Source of the DNA: Takakia lepidozioides
Lineage: Eukaryota; Plantae; Bryophyta
Assembly: GCA_030704615.1 (NCBI GenBank)
Contig: CM060732.1
Span: 51,894,001-51,958,000 of the forward strand
DNA: 64,000 bases
Reading direction: 5' to 3'
The notes beneath the pieces are model-generated. The model saw only the letters and a list, made by a program, of their open reading frames with translations. It ran no database searches and was not told where the DNA came from. Shown in pieces: positions 13,674 through 26,186 of this stretch; positions within the stretch are counted from its first letter, which is position 1; the number at the start of each line of letters is the position of its first letter. Position numbers and translations under genes: made by a program.

Positions 13674-13925
13674 ACGGCCATCACCGAGACAGACATCCCA
13701 ACAACTACCACACCCACCCTGTGTGCACCAGCTCCCTGCCAACATACAGCCAACCATGTAAGTGTCCCGCCCCACAAGACCTCACAGGCATGAACTGTAT
13801 GCACTCACAGGAACACAGGAACACAATCACCTTGCCCGTATGCGGTGGGCCTTCCGCTAGCAAGTGCCAAGGCACATGAATGTGGAGCTACACTGGGGAC
13901 AGTAATGGTGAGTCTGCTTGTGACA
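13674..13925 (-). mobile_element. Probable 5' LTR fragment of the DNMT-carrying retrotransposon (block A copy; paralog 52034-52285)
   Basis: Minus strand begins TGTCAC at 13925 (52285 in B); in block B it runs directly into the DNMT coding fragment. Confidence 0.35.
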
Positions 13926-14260
13926 ACGTGCACACTGCTTGCGGAGCGTAGAATGCAAGCTTTGGTGGGCATCGCTCGTGCCTTATTGCCCTTAGCTATA
14001 TTTTATAAAAACGGTTTCTGCAAGTCCTCGCCTCACCGCTAAAGTGACATATCCACATTTCTAAACTTGTTACAGGGGTTTCCAGAAATTTTGAAGGTCA
14101 AATTCCTAGATTTTCTAAATGTCTTTTTGTACATGAAGCCTGTGGGGTGGTTTCAAAAGCCATGAATATGCTTGAACTTCAAAATGGACATTCCCAAAAA
14201 TTAGGACCAAGAAAAGGAATGTATTTTGGAAATCGCCGTGGTGACAAGGTTATATGCACT

Positions 14261-14905
14261 CCCTTAAGCGCCCAATGGTCCCCGTTGACTTTTTCCAAAA
14301 ACATTATGAAAAATGACAATAATTCTCAGGAAAAAAATAATTTCCCAAAAACTAACCGCACATTACCTCGCCACCTTACCTCCTGCATGCACCTGCCCGT
14401 TTTCAGGGCAACCAGAAAAGATCCAACAAAACCCCACCGTTGGAATTGGGCCCATTTTTGGGCCCTTGTGCAATAAAAAATAGTTTCCAGGGAGCTTTTT
14501 GGAGTTTTGGGTGACGGGATGAAGTCAGAATCTGCTGATTCTGCGACCACATCATCCCTCTTACATCTGTCATCCAACAAACCTATTTTCATTGGATTTG
14601 GCCAAGAATTGTGGTGTTGACACTTGGTCAAACATGGGGGGTCATTTTGTGGATTTTCTTATTTGGTGCTGACGCGAAGGAATCCAATGTGGTAAGGAAA
14701 GCGCGGGACGGGAGCTGGCCGCCAGACGCCCATCAAGCGTAACGGCATATCTTTGCCCTAACCTAGTGGATTCTCATCTGTGGGCACCCACTTGGCTGCC
14801 GAACCCCACCGCACAAAAATCATGCAATTTGGCCAAAATCTGAAAAAGTTATTAACTCTTGAGTAACCCACAAGGCCCTGTGCGGGCCTGGTGGGCGCTT
14901 AAGGG
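14261..14905. mobile_element. piggyBac-like MITE (family 2)
   Basis: 14-bp TIR CCCTTAAGCGCCCA / TGGGCGCTTAAGGG; TTAA at right (14906-14909), none at left; subterminal TTGACTTTTT(T/A)CCAA shared with families 1 and 3. Confidence 0.75.
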
Positions 14906-14909
14906 TTAA

Positions 14910-16379
14910 CATGCTGCTGTATTTTCTAACGCATCCAATGGTGGAATAAAGAAAAGAGTCGGGCAAAAGTTAGACCAGCAAGTTTTGGGCCATTTGGGCT
15001 GGGAATTACCTACACCGGCAGAAGATTCCAGCAACTTCCTTAGGGCCACGTCAACTAAATGCTCTTGCACCCTATGTGGAGCTGCCCACGCTGTGGGGCT
15101 GGAACAGGCCCTGATGGCCACCTCCGGCGTCACAGCCCGGTTGTGCATACCCAATCGAGGCCACGCAGATGGTCAACTCTGCATGGCCCCCTCTCCAAGA
15201 TGGAAATAGATGACCCACCCTCCTGGATTTTGAATAATCCTGCGAGGCCTTGCTTTTATCCAAATTCAAAGCATTAAATGCAATAGGGTGGGCCATCTGC
15301 TCCAAAAAAAATAAAAAAAAAATAAAAATCTGAACAAATGACGGGCTTTTTTCACACGGCAAGGACTACGTTACAGGACGAGTTTAAGGCAAGCGTGTGA
15401 GGTGGTGGGCCCGCTAGCCCGAGCTCAGGGAGGCTCCCGCAGACTCCGGCAAACTACCTGTCAAATGTCTTCCCCCAATGTGAAGGTGGGGAGCGCTCCA
15501 CACCTCCTCCTCCCTCCTCACGCTCCCCACCTATAGGACCATGTTCCCCAACATTCTCCAATTTTGCCCCCTTTCCCGGTCCAAGATCCTTGCTCCCCAT
15601 AGTGGGACAGGGGAGCGGGGACCACAAACAGGGGAGCGAGCCGCATTCCACAGGGCGAGGAGGGGAGCGGGGTTGGGACGGGGCGAGGAAGGGAGCGAGG
15701 ACCGGAACAGGGGATGGAACCGCATTCCATAAGGCGAGGAGGGGAGCGGGGACCAAGAACAGGGGAGCGAGGACAAGGGACAGGGATAGGGGAGCGGGAC
15801 TGGGAACAAGGAGGGGACAGAGGGAACAGGGGAGCGTAGCAACGATCTTGGACTTAAAATTATTTTGGAGATGAAAAAATATATTATTCAGTCCCATGTG
15901 CAACCTATCAGTCAACATGACTATACTGACACGAATTGAATCTCATACCTCTTCATTGCATCACACATCACGTAACCACCGCACTACCATCCGCTTCTTG
16001 CATCATCCTTGATTTCCTAAGCTTTAATCTACAAATCTATTTTGGAGATGAAAAAATATATTATTCAGTCCCATGTGCAACCTATCAGTCAACATGACTA
16101 TACTGACACGAATTGAATCTCATACCTCTTCATTGCATCACACATCACGTAACCACCGCACTATCATCCGCTTCTTGCATCATCCTTGATTTCCTAAGTT
16201 TAATCTACAAATACAGGCACGCAGGTGAGAGGGGAGCAAGGGGGTGGGGATTTGACAGTGCGCCGACCGCGACCGTACCGGCAAGGCTCCCACGCTTGCA
16301 TTCAACTCTTCCGGTAAGCATAGTATGCTCCTTTTTACACATACGGCTACCCGTTTTAGGTCGCATAAGCAGATAAGGG
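14910..16379. mobile_element. Right part of another piggyBac-like element with GGGGAGCG repeats
   Basis: Ends AGGTCGCATAAGCAGATAAGGG|TTAA, resembling the family 1 right end CAGGTCGCTTGGGAACTTAAGGG|TTAA; GGGGAGCG repeats at 15600-15840; left end not found; paralog ends at ~54692. Confidence 0.5.
15862..16212 (+). repeat. Tandem duplication, 2 x ~176 bp
   Basis: TATTTTGGAGATGAAAAAATAT...TAATCTACAAAT occurs twice in tandem. Confidence 0.9.
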
Positions 16380-16868
16380 TTAATGTTATCATTTCTTCAA
16401 TCGTGAGCAATACAAAATATTTTATTTTTAAGTTTCACATTTATTTTGTAGGTGTTATATGTCATTTTTTCAGCAATTTTATTCTATAGGCCTATAAACA
16501 TGAGTAGATACTGGATACACATATATTAATTATAAAAGAGAAACACCTTGGAACAACCACTCACAAATCAGACCCTTGCATTATAGTTAGAAGAGAAAAG
16601 AGGACCAAACACGAGCTCGAGGGACACTACCCAAAGGAAGGGGAAGAAGATGTAGGATTTGGCATTTAATGCTCTATCCAACTATCAGCTGATTATATAT
16701 TACTGGTTATTGTTTTTTTTATGCTAAAACTGTTCCAATATTATTGTGTCATGATGGTATGGTTTTATATGGAAGACAATAGGAATAATGTAAGAACTGA
16801 ATGGACGCGTGTGATCTGACAGTACTATCGCCGGGTTCCGGCAACTTGGGCTCCTCTGGTGGGGCCCC

Positions 16869-17263
16869 TGTCAAATCCTCCCCACCCCCTCTTACCTCGG
16901 TTTCACTATTAAACACTTAGAATCCAAGTGAGTTGCAAGCTGTGGTGGGTAGCGTGATGGTAAGGTGATAGCATTTGAGCAGCAGGTTTCCAGTTCGGTT
17001 CTTGATGGGAGGCTCTCATAGTGTAACCCTGGTCGATGTAACCCTCCAATTGGTGTAACCCTATGTAACCCCCGTTTCACATGTGGTTAGTCCATTTTAT
17101 ACTTAGCCACATCTGGACTTAGTGAAATTTCGAGACCAAGTGTGGGTTACATCGACTTGTATAACCTCGAGTGGAGTTACACACCATGTCGTGTAACCCC
17201 GACTGGAGTTGACACTCCTTCAGTTCCATGTCACTCTCAAGAGAGGGTGGGGAAGATTTGACA
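16869..17263. mobile_element. MITE with ~25-bp TIR and internal TGTAACCC repeats
   Basis: TGTCAAATCCTCCCCACCCCCTCTT ... AAGAGAGGGTGGGGAAGATTTGACA; paralog 55247-55676; related end at ~31826-31950. Confidence 0.6.
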
Positions 17264-17395
17264 TGCCGAAAACCGGCGTACCATCCTGTGAGAGGTTGCA
17301 CGTGTGCATTAAGTTCTTACATTATTCCTATTATCTTCCGTTTTATACAATTTTTACAAATGCCAAATAACAAGAACAACATAATTCTTCAATTG

Positions 17396-17417
17396 GAGAG
17401 AGAGAGAGAGAGAGAGA
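17396..17417. repeat. (GA)n microsatellite
   Basis: GA dinucleotide run; deleted in block B. Confidence 0.9.
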
Positions 17418-18136
17418 CATAGCCATAACCAAGAGTCATTTCACCTTGCAGCTACTCTCTCCAATCACAATGAATATATATCACATGAAATTTTAATTCA
17501 ATTCACAAAACCCTTGTATTACATAGTATAATTCAAGATTTTATCATATTTGGACAAATGCCGCACACAAAAACCAAGATTGCATTATATCTAGGACTAT
17601 TGAATCATATTTCATATATATTTTAAAAACAAACTACCTAGTCACTTCTATTATTTCATCGTTCATTTTTGTAATAATAATTAATATAATAACTGTGTCA
17701 CTATACTTACAAATGTGGATCCTTTTTTTATAGGACAAGGGAGTGAACAATAATTGGAATATTTTGACTTGAACTAACACCAACAGTTAATAAAACATGG
17801 AGAATTACATGTTTTAAGTATATCTGACTTTGTAAATATATTTTGGACATATGACTTGACATTGTCCACTAGGATATTTATCGATCATACGTGGTGGCCT
17901 TTGGGATTATCGATCTTACCTATCATTACACCCCATTGCATCATCATATAAATGAAATAAACTAGAGGCCAACCCAAGCAGCTGACAGAGTTACCTACGT
18001 ACTTTGAGACTATCAAACGCTAAAAAAACAAACAAATCGCATCGAGGATGTCATTTTTAATTTTTTAATTCGATATATGTAATACACCTTTACTTTGGCT
18101 ATAATATCAAACAACATAAAATCTGAGCTGCATTCC

Positions 18137-18143
18137 ATATAAG
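18137..18143 (+). promoter_or_regulatory. Putative TATA box of the lectin gene
   Basis: CATATAA about 100 bp upstream of ATG 18239; conserved in copy B. Confidence 0.4.
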
Positions 18144-18238
18144 AGAACCAAAAGACTGGACCAGCTAGCTTCAATAGAGATCACATGCTTGAGCATAAGG
18201 AAAACTCCACAATTGTCTTACACCAAAGAAAGAGAAAT

Positions 18239-18679
18239 ATGGGTGGTTTAGGTATGCACACATATGTACCCATCTTGTTAGTGGCCGTATTGACATTATC
18301 GGCACTTGTAGCCTTTGTAAAAGCGTATCCAATTCCTCCGACCCTTCGCGCCACCAACTCGTTGTATATCGGTCAATCTCTCCAAAGCACCAATCTCGAA
18401 TATCTTTTGACAATGCAGGATGATTGCAATTTGGTGTTGTCCAAGGGCGACACTCTGGTGTGGAGTACGAAGAGCAAGCAAGTACAAGGTTCACAGTGCT
18501 ACCTTTACCTAGATACAAATTCACACATGGTGATTGAGGATGTAACGTCCAACACGCTCATATGGGACAATGTAGTGTTCGACTCCGGGTATGATTGCAC
18601 ATTGATATTGCAAGATGATGGAAAGGCTGTTATTTATGCCTATGATGGTAATGGTGATTATCCGACATGGACCACATGA
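18239..18679 (+). CDS. Secreted GNA/bulb-type (B-lectin) mannose-binding lectin, single exon
   Basis: Hydrophobic signal peptide (PILLVAVLTLSALVAF); beta-prism II pattern LTMQDDCNLVL, CxLxL, LQDDGKAVIY. Confidence 0.88.
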   Translation: MGGLGMHTYVPILLVAVLTLSALVAFVKAYPIPPTLRATNSLYIGQSLQSTNLEYLLTMQDDCNLVLSKGDTLVWSTKSKQVQGSQCYLYLDTNSHMVIEDVTSNTLIWDNVVFDSGYDCTLILQDDGKAVIYAYDGNGDYPTWTT

Positions 18680-18764
18680 ATTGGTTTCTACTACTTGTTG
18701 TATTAGCATTTAAATTCAAACTTTATACCATGCTAAACGTTAATATATTCCCCGCCCTTAAATA

Positions 18765-19063
18765 TAGTTAGAGGAGAAGATAACCTCTTTCATAGTAACC
18801 TTGTCATGAGGTGCCAAGCACAGGGCTCAAGGATATATCTTTTTAACCAGTTTTAGATAGTAGTTAGCTGAATTGAGTTAGCTTCTTGAGTTAATAATAT
18901 GTCCCTCAGTCCACATCTCAGGACTCTTTCAGTAATTTCGTCATGAAGTTTCACAGGGAATGGGAATTATAATATGACACCCAACAAGGTACTGCTCAAG
19001 ATTGAACCTAGAATCTCCTGGGTGGCACTCGGTGCTTATCCAACTGAGCTACTGACTGGTGCT
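18765..19063 (-). mobile_element. tRNA-derived SINE
   Basis: AGCACCAGTCAGTAGCTCAGTTGG A box and GGTTCAATC B box on minus strand; shared 3' tail. Confidence 0.65.
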
Positions 19064-20619
19064 ATGAATAGATATATTTTTATCTAGGCTTGCGAAGAGC
19101 TGAATATGCAATGACTCTTGGAACTGCAAATGAAGCTTGCAAATGATTTGTTTCAAATGCACATGTAGTAATAGGACAGTTTATAGGCAACAGTGGACTG
19201 TTTACAATAAAAATTTGAGGAGAAAGCATGGGGATGAAGCCCTTGAGAGATTTATTGAAGAATAGTGAAGGGAAAATAATTAAAACAGTTACAAGCCCTT
19301 ATAACGTGTTACATGGTGTCAAAAATAAATAAATAAATAAATAATGTGAACACGTTGCTCAAGAAAGTGTATTTAGTATATAACGGGATGATGTAGTTCA
19401 TAGATTTATCCTACCCAATGACGGGTATAAATTAACATGAGGGTATGTTGTAATCAAGGGTATATTTATCCCATATGCATGGTGGCATGGGAAATTTATG
19501 ACTACATAGAACCATACAGGCTGTGTATTAGGGCCAAAATCTGATATACCCGTTATGAATGTATGATTTACTCCAGGGTATTATATAGGGTAAATGATTT
19601 TATTTATATCTTGTATTTATACATACTCATCATTACAAAAACACCAAGATAAATGTATTTGAATATATTACTCAAAATAAGAGGTATTTACCAGTCCACG
19701 AGGGTATAATCTACCTCAAATTGAGCAAATTACCTGGTTCCCGGAGGGTATATGTTTTTATCATAACTACTCGGACACGGTGGATATGTCTAAAACTATA
19801 TACCTGCACAACGCTGGTTGAACCCACAACCACTAGTTAGGCGGTTTGTGCCCTTATCACTAGGCTAAATGTTGGTTGTCTACAAAATGTCATACAATAT
19901 ACTAAGACAATAACTTCAATATGCATGCTTCAAATTACAGTAATATCAAGAATTTTATAAACTCTTCATGAATAGAATCAAGATTACATATTAAACTACT
20001 AATCGAACAAGGGTATGAAGTGAAGTTTATGAAATTATATTCCGTCTAGGTCCTACACAACATACCTATCTAAGCTGATTCGACTATCTATACCACTACT
20101 GATCCATACCTAATTACCAAGGCTGGTTTACCATACATAACCTATTTTAACTAATTCTAGACTTTTGGCTTAAATCCGGACCAAACTTAATATATATTTG
20201 AATTAAAATTAATTCAAATGTTAATAATATCATGATGTAATGTGTGATTGAACTTTGTGAAATTACAAGTGATGTCATACTTACTTCAAAATGTGACATA
20301 TAAGATGTCCATTTGACATTGAAGTGCTTGTGAAGTTGCAGTACTGAACAATTCATTGAACGTCCACTGGGAAGTCGAATGATGTAATATTACATTATGT
20401 AATCACAATATTAAACAAATGTGTCGAATCGAACATGGGGTAGACTCCTACTCTACCATACTCAATATAACTTGATAGTAATTTTGATTGAATCTTCATG
20501 TTGACAAGCACAATATTCAGACACAATGCCATTGGAATGATGTTTTGGGTCTGAGAATGGCAGTAAAATATTAAAATAGCTTGAAACATTAGGAAGATGA
20601 CCTACTAGGGTAGTAAAAT

Positions 20620-21990
20620 AAGGTTTGGGGTGTAACTAGATATATTAAGTGCAATAAGGTCCAAGTTTGTGGTGAGGAGAAGGGTTTAGGGTTTGGATTT
20701 AGGGTAGAAAGAGAGAAATAAATAAGGATGATTCGCCTCCGTAGAATGTAAAAATGTAAGGGAAATTTGATATCCATATAATCATTCTATCTTACGTTAT
20801 CCAACAAAATTAAAGAAAACATTAAAAAAAAATGATACAAATTTTACAAAAGGTAACATGGTAGTACAATAAGGTTTGGAGTTTAAGTAGGGTACTATAC
20901 TAAGGTTTTTGGTATATGGTAAGAGTAAGTGCTAAGGGTCACGCTTAAGCTTAGGGTAAGGATTAAGGGAAGGGTAAAGGGAAGGGTAAGGGTTTAAGGT
21001 TTGGATTTAGGGTAGAAAGGGACAAACAAATATGGAGGACTCACACATGGTAGTACAATAACTTGGTTTGGAGTGTAAGTAGGGTAGTACACTAACTTGG
21101 TTTTTGGTATATGGTAAGAGTAATGGTTTAGGGTAGTAAGTGTCAGGCTTAAGCTTATGGTAAGGATTAAGGCCAGGATAAATGGAAAGGTAAGGGTTTA
21201 GGGTTTGGATTTAGGGTAGAAAGGGACAAACAAATATGGAAGACTCACACATGGTAGTACAATAACTTGGTTTGGAGTGTAAGTAGGATAGTACACTAAC
21301 CTGGTTTTTGGTATATGGTAAGAGTAATGGTTTAGCGTAGTAAGTGTCAGGCTTAAGCTTAGGGTAAGGATTAAGGCCAGGGTAAGGGTTTAGGGTTTGG
21401 ATTTATGATAGTACACAAAGGTTTTTCGTATACGATAAGAGTAACGGTTTAGGGTACTAAGGGTCCGGCTTAAGCCTATGGAAGGGTTAAGGAAAGGGTA
21501 AAGCAAAGCAAAGGGTAAGGGTTTAGGGGTGATGATAAAGGTATAAATAGACAAACAATGAAAGACTCGCACTAGCTAGAACTTGGTGTGTATAATGGTT
21601 AAAAAATAAAAATAAAAATGGATAAACAAATATTATGGAAGAGTAATGAGACGGACAAGTATTTAAATTAACGACTCGTCATTGGAACCTGGTCTTAAGA
21701 TACATAGAAATCACACTAGTATGTAAAAGTAAGTGCATGTGAATCCAAAACAAACGAGAAAAGTAGCGCAAAAAGGAAGAGAGAAGAGATTTGGATTACC
21801 ATAAGGTCTATAACCATTATTGGTTATGGTATGGATAGTACAATCCAATTTGCAGAAGAAATGGTAAGGGTTTAGGGATAAATGCTTAAAGGTCTTTTAG
21901 GGTAAAGGGTTTTACTAGGATAAGGGTTTACTAAGGTAGGGGTTTTGGTTTAAGTTAGAAATGGACAAACAAACATGGAAGACTCCGCTC
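20620..21990 (+). repeat. Degenerate ~200-bp tandem repeat rich in telomere-like TTTAGGG/TTAGGG
   Basis: Unit GGGTTTAGGGTTTGGATTTAGGGTAGAAAGGGACAAACAAATATGGAAGACTC recurs at ~20683, 20990, 21193, 21386 and degenerately at ~21940. Confidence 0.85.
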
Positions 21991-22399
21991 GCTAGACATA
22001 GACTCGCTTAGAGGTCCAAAGGAGGAGAACATGAGAGGTATAAATTAAGGAGTGGCAAATTGAAAAGTATGGCAATAATGATAGGGTAAGGGTCCTCTTA
22101 GTGGGAGACCTCAGTTGGAAACTTGGCTTGAGGCAAGTGCAAGCACTAAGAGACAGATTAGAATTGGCGCAATGACGAGACATTGGAAAAAAACATTTAG
22201 ACCGGATTGGGAAAAAAAAACTCCAGAGGTTATGCCAGCATTTTTTTTTGGTAGGTGCACTGTTTGTTTTGTAAGCCAGAATCCCCCACACGAATATTTA
22301 TAGATGAATAGAATGTACAGCAATACCGAGTCCAACACGCCAAAATAAAAAAATAAAAAAATGTCCACTGCCCACTCCAGGTTCAGTGCGACAGAAAAA

Positions 22400-24720
22400 G
22401 AAAACAAGAAAGATCCCTCAACGCAAACACGAATGGAAAAAAACGTAAAGAAATTTTTATATCTTAAAATGAAGGACCGGAAATGACCTCAACATTTAGT
22501 CTATGGACGGAAAGTGGTTCGCAAGAAGGTAACCTTCATGTATCTGGCTGAAGGTTAGCATCCTCCAAATTCACACGCGCCTTCACTGCTTCCACCGCTG
22601 TAATTCTCTTGGTGCTATTTCTTGTCGTATTTTTTCATGGCGACATTGTCCATACGATATTGTTCACGTGGAGAGCAGGATCTGATGGGTTGTACTCCCA
22701 AACTTTTGACCAACAGTCCCTGTACCTCTCCAAGTCTGAGGGGTTACCTCATTTCTTCGGTCTCCACCACTCCACCTTCACTTTCTTAAAATTAGGATCC
22801 TCCCTTTCTCGGATGACATCTGAAATTGCCATCCCATCCAGACCGGGCATGTCGGTGGGTCATGAGGCGAACGAGCACAAAAAACCATTTCTTAATATCC
22901 TTGAACGGATTCAAGGGTATCATTGGACGTTCGCACCTAAGGCCACAGTAAGGTTCTGGAACTTCATCCTCAATTTCCATATCTTGCACTATCTGCGGCT
23001 GGATGTCATCCCTCCGATGGTTTGAGGACCAATTTGTTTTCAACCAGAATCCCTCAAGAAGTTGAATACAATCCGGAATTTCCTGCATTGACTTATCAAG
23101 TTCGGCGAGAATATTTCCCCAGTATTGGTCGTATTGTTCCATTATACCTCGGTAATGATCGTCAATCAACATTCCTTTGGTCCAAAAATCTCTGTATTTC
23201 TTAATACCATTTTTTATGAATGACTGTTTTTCAGAGGAGTCATCCCCGACTCCCCATATTTTGGAACGACATCTGGGTCTCCTTAAGGGAGATTTGGAGT
23301 TCCGTCAGGGTTGGACTTCCACATCTTAACGCTGGAGTTTGTAGGAAGCCACTCCAAATCAGTAGCTGACTTCTTGTACTTCATAACGGGCCAACCATCC
23401 GCATCCTTAAAACTGAAAGTTGTGCATCTCTAAGATCCCGACCAAAGCCTCATTTCCATCAAGAATACAACCCTTAACAAACTTCTTAAAGTCGGGAACC
23501 TCCTGCATATCTTGAAGAATGAATTGCATATCTTGGGGAATCATGAGTGACCTCACCAAATCCGGAAGAATATAGGTGTTGCGTTCCTTTAGCTTCTTCA
23601 AGAGATAGCTAAAGAATCCGTCAATATCCTCAAACAGGGTGTGCCCGACCATGAGAAAACCAAGCTGGATCTCTTCAAAGAATTTTTTGGCAGTGAGGAG
23701 GGATAGGAAAACAAGCATCCATCTATTCTTATTGTCCTTGGAGGAGTTGTCTATCTGCAAATAAAGTTGTCTAGGAAGTGGTCGAGCACCACGTTTATCC
23801 TACGGCCTGCAGGGTTTCAGAGCATCCAAATATCTCGATTTACTTCTCATGAGCGTTTCAAGAAAATCATTTTGAACTGCAATGCCGAAAATGTTCTTGG
23901 ATTCCCGGCATGTCAGCTTTTCCAGTTGGCACAGGCACCGAGCCAACGACCCAATTGTGAAGTTTGAATTTCCCTTCCAAAACTCAAGAGAAAATTGAAC
24001 GTAAGCTCCATCACTGTGTCCGTGCGTAACCATTCATGTCAATGAGATAGACAACTGACCCAATCCCGAGACCATCTTGTTCATCGTCTGTAACCTCAGA
24101 ATAGTTGTTTTTCGATGATCCATCTTATCGTGAATAATACACAGGAAGTCCTCCGGAATCATAACGGACTCATTCCTCTAACTATGGTACAGCTTTTTGC
24201 ATGACTCTTGATGCCTCAAGTGTAAATCAAGCGCCCGCTTATGTGCGACCTGTTCGGTACTCCTCTTAATAGACTTCTTGATCAAGTCCTTCAACATCTC
24301 GCATTCTGTGCACTTAGCAAAGGTGCTTCCTGTTTTTCGAACCTCCACGTTAGGAAATATTCGATTCCGTATATGGCTTGCAGCGGGCTGCAAGACTCTT
24401 TTCAAACCGATAAGTTTGTTCGTCTCCACCCCAACTCCCCAATAATGTCAACATCCACTGGGAAGTGGAGGTTCTACAAAGTGGAAGAACAAGAAGGTAT
24501 GATGGCATCAACACGAATAAAGTCAGCCACAGTATTTTGAGAAAAAAAAAAAAAACAACGAATAAAAGTCGCCTCGTTGGACTCCTCTCGAATTCTCTTC
24601 CAGTTCATTTCAGGTGGCAAAACTCTCAAAGTATCCCGAGGTCCCTCTCCAATGCAACGTGTTTTGTGAGGCGGAGATGTCCCACACAACTGGAACCCAA
24701 TCACTACTACAGATTAACGT
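22400..24720 (-). mobile_element. Degenerate DDE-type transposase (DUF7869 / Sola-like) of a large DNA transposon (~19313-25280)
   Basis: Motifs FAKCTEC, DKMDHRKT, LQIDNSSKDNKN and FLMVGHT..EDIDGFFS across frameshifted ORFs; GACTAC-rich repeats at 24730-25070. Confidence 0.7.
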
Positions 24721-25324
24721 TTTTATGACTACAGATGATATAAACTTTGGTAACCATGACTATACATGTGACTACGAGGTGATGAAACCCATTGTTGGGC
24801 GCATTTTTAATATATTTTAATCTAATGCAGTCATATGTTTTACTACATGACTGGGAGCCGTGGTCAAATATTGTTGACTAGAAATATAAGCTTGGTTTAT
24901 ATAACTAGTAGTTATACGCAATACTACACGTCAGACACGTGCCATATAAGCTTATGACTAAATGACTACACCAGTACTACACATTGATGACATGCCATAG
25001 AAGCTTATGACTAGATGACTACAGGAGGTTTCATAGCTCTGTTTATATGACTACATCACTACACGTGACATCTTAAGGCATATACATAAATGGGTTCATC
25101 CATTGGATGATCTCATCCATCTATCTTTAACGAAACACTTGTGTCAATGGAATGACACAAAGTGCAAAAAGTTAAAAGATTTAAAAAATTGCTTTAGGGT
25201 TGCCCATGTTCAGCCGTGAACACAAAGGGCCGGGACGTAGCCTCCTTTTGTCTCCCGCGCCATATGTTTTCGTAGTATCGAGCCGAAGCAGTGAGAATTT
25301 GTATCATGGAACGGGATGAAAGCA

Positions 25325-26186
25325 GGATATGCAATGCAGGGGCGTGGGATTGAGGCTTTGCAACCTATTCTTGAGCAACTGATGCAGTTTTTTTGAGCTT
25401 ATTCTTGAGCAAATGATGCAGGAAGGGCGAGGATATGCACAGCGGGGGTGTGGTATAGAGGCTTCGGAGACGTATGAGCAAATAATGCGGGAAGGGGTGA
25501 AGCCGGACCGGGTCACGTTCGTTTGTGTTTGCAATGCGTGTGCAAGCCTGGCAGCCCTGGAGAAGGATAAAAGGTCCATGGTGCCATTGTCAAATTTGGA
25601 ATTGTACCCCATGTCATTCTGAACAATACCCTCGTGGACATGTATGCCAAATGTGGCAGTATTGAGGATAGAAAGGGAGTGTTTGAGAATATGGCTAAAC
25701 GAAATGCCGTGTCCTGGAATGTGATGATCACGGGATATTGCCCAGCATGGATGCGGGATGGAGGTATTGGAGACCTATGAGCAAATGATGCGGGAAGGGG
25801 TAAAGCCAGACCTGGTCATGTTTGCTTGTATATGCAATGCGTGTGCAAGCCTGGCAGCCCTGGAAAAGGGCAAAGAGGTTCATGGTGACATCATCAAAGC
25901 TGGAATTGTACCCGACGTCGATCTGAACACTACCCTCGTGGACATGTATGCGAATGTGGTGCATCGAGGATGCGAAGGGAGTTTGCAACAATAGGGTTCA
26001 ACGATGGTTGCGGGGTATGCACACCAAGGCCGCGGGAATGAGGCTTTGGTGACCTACAATCAAATGATGGCGGAGTGTTCAAGGAAATGAGTGTTCAACA
26101 GTATGGCTGAACGAGATGTGGTGTCATGGAGTGCGATGATTGCAGGATATGCACAGCAAGGGCGCGGGATGGAGGCTTTGGAGACA
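25325..26186 (+). pseudogene. PLS-class PPR gene fragments
   Basis: VSWNVMITGY, YEQMMREGVKPDxVxFxCxxNACASLAALEKGKEVH, NTLVDMYAKCG; frameshifts. Confidence 0.88.

Larger units (their letters stand above)
1046..19692 (+). repeat. Segmental duplication, block A (direct paralog of block B 46926-59821)
   Basis: Long collinear near-identical stretches: 1046-1188=46926-47068; 3026-4206=47069-48246; 6670-9099~48587-51215; 13674-17998~52034-56140; 19313-19692~59451-59821. Confidence 0.95.

Noticed and set aside
15454-15918. Pro-rich ORFs here and at 53768-54269
   Set aside because: By-products of the GGGGAGCG repeat tract; the frame is not conserved between paralogs
20620-21990. True telomere
   Set aside because: Internal position, and no long perfect (TTTAGGG)n run
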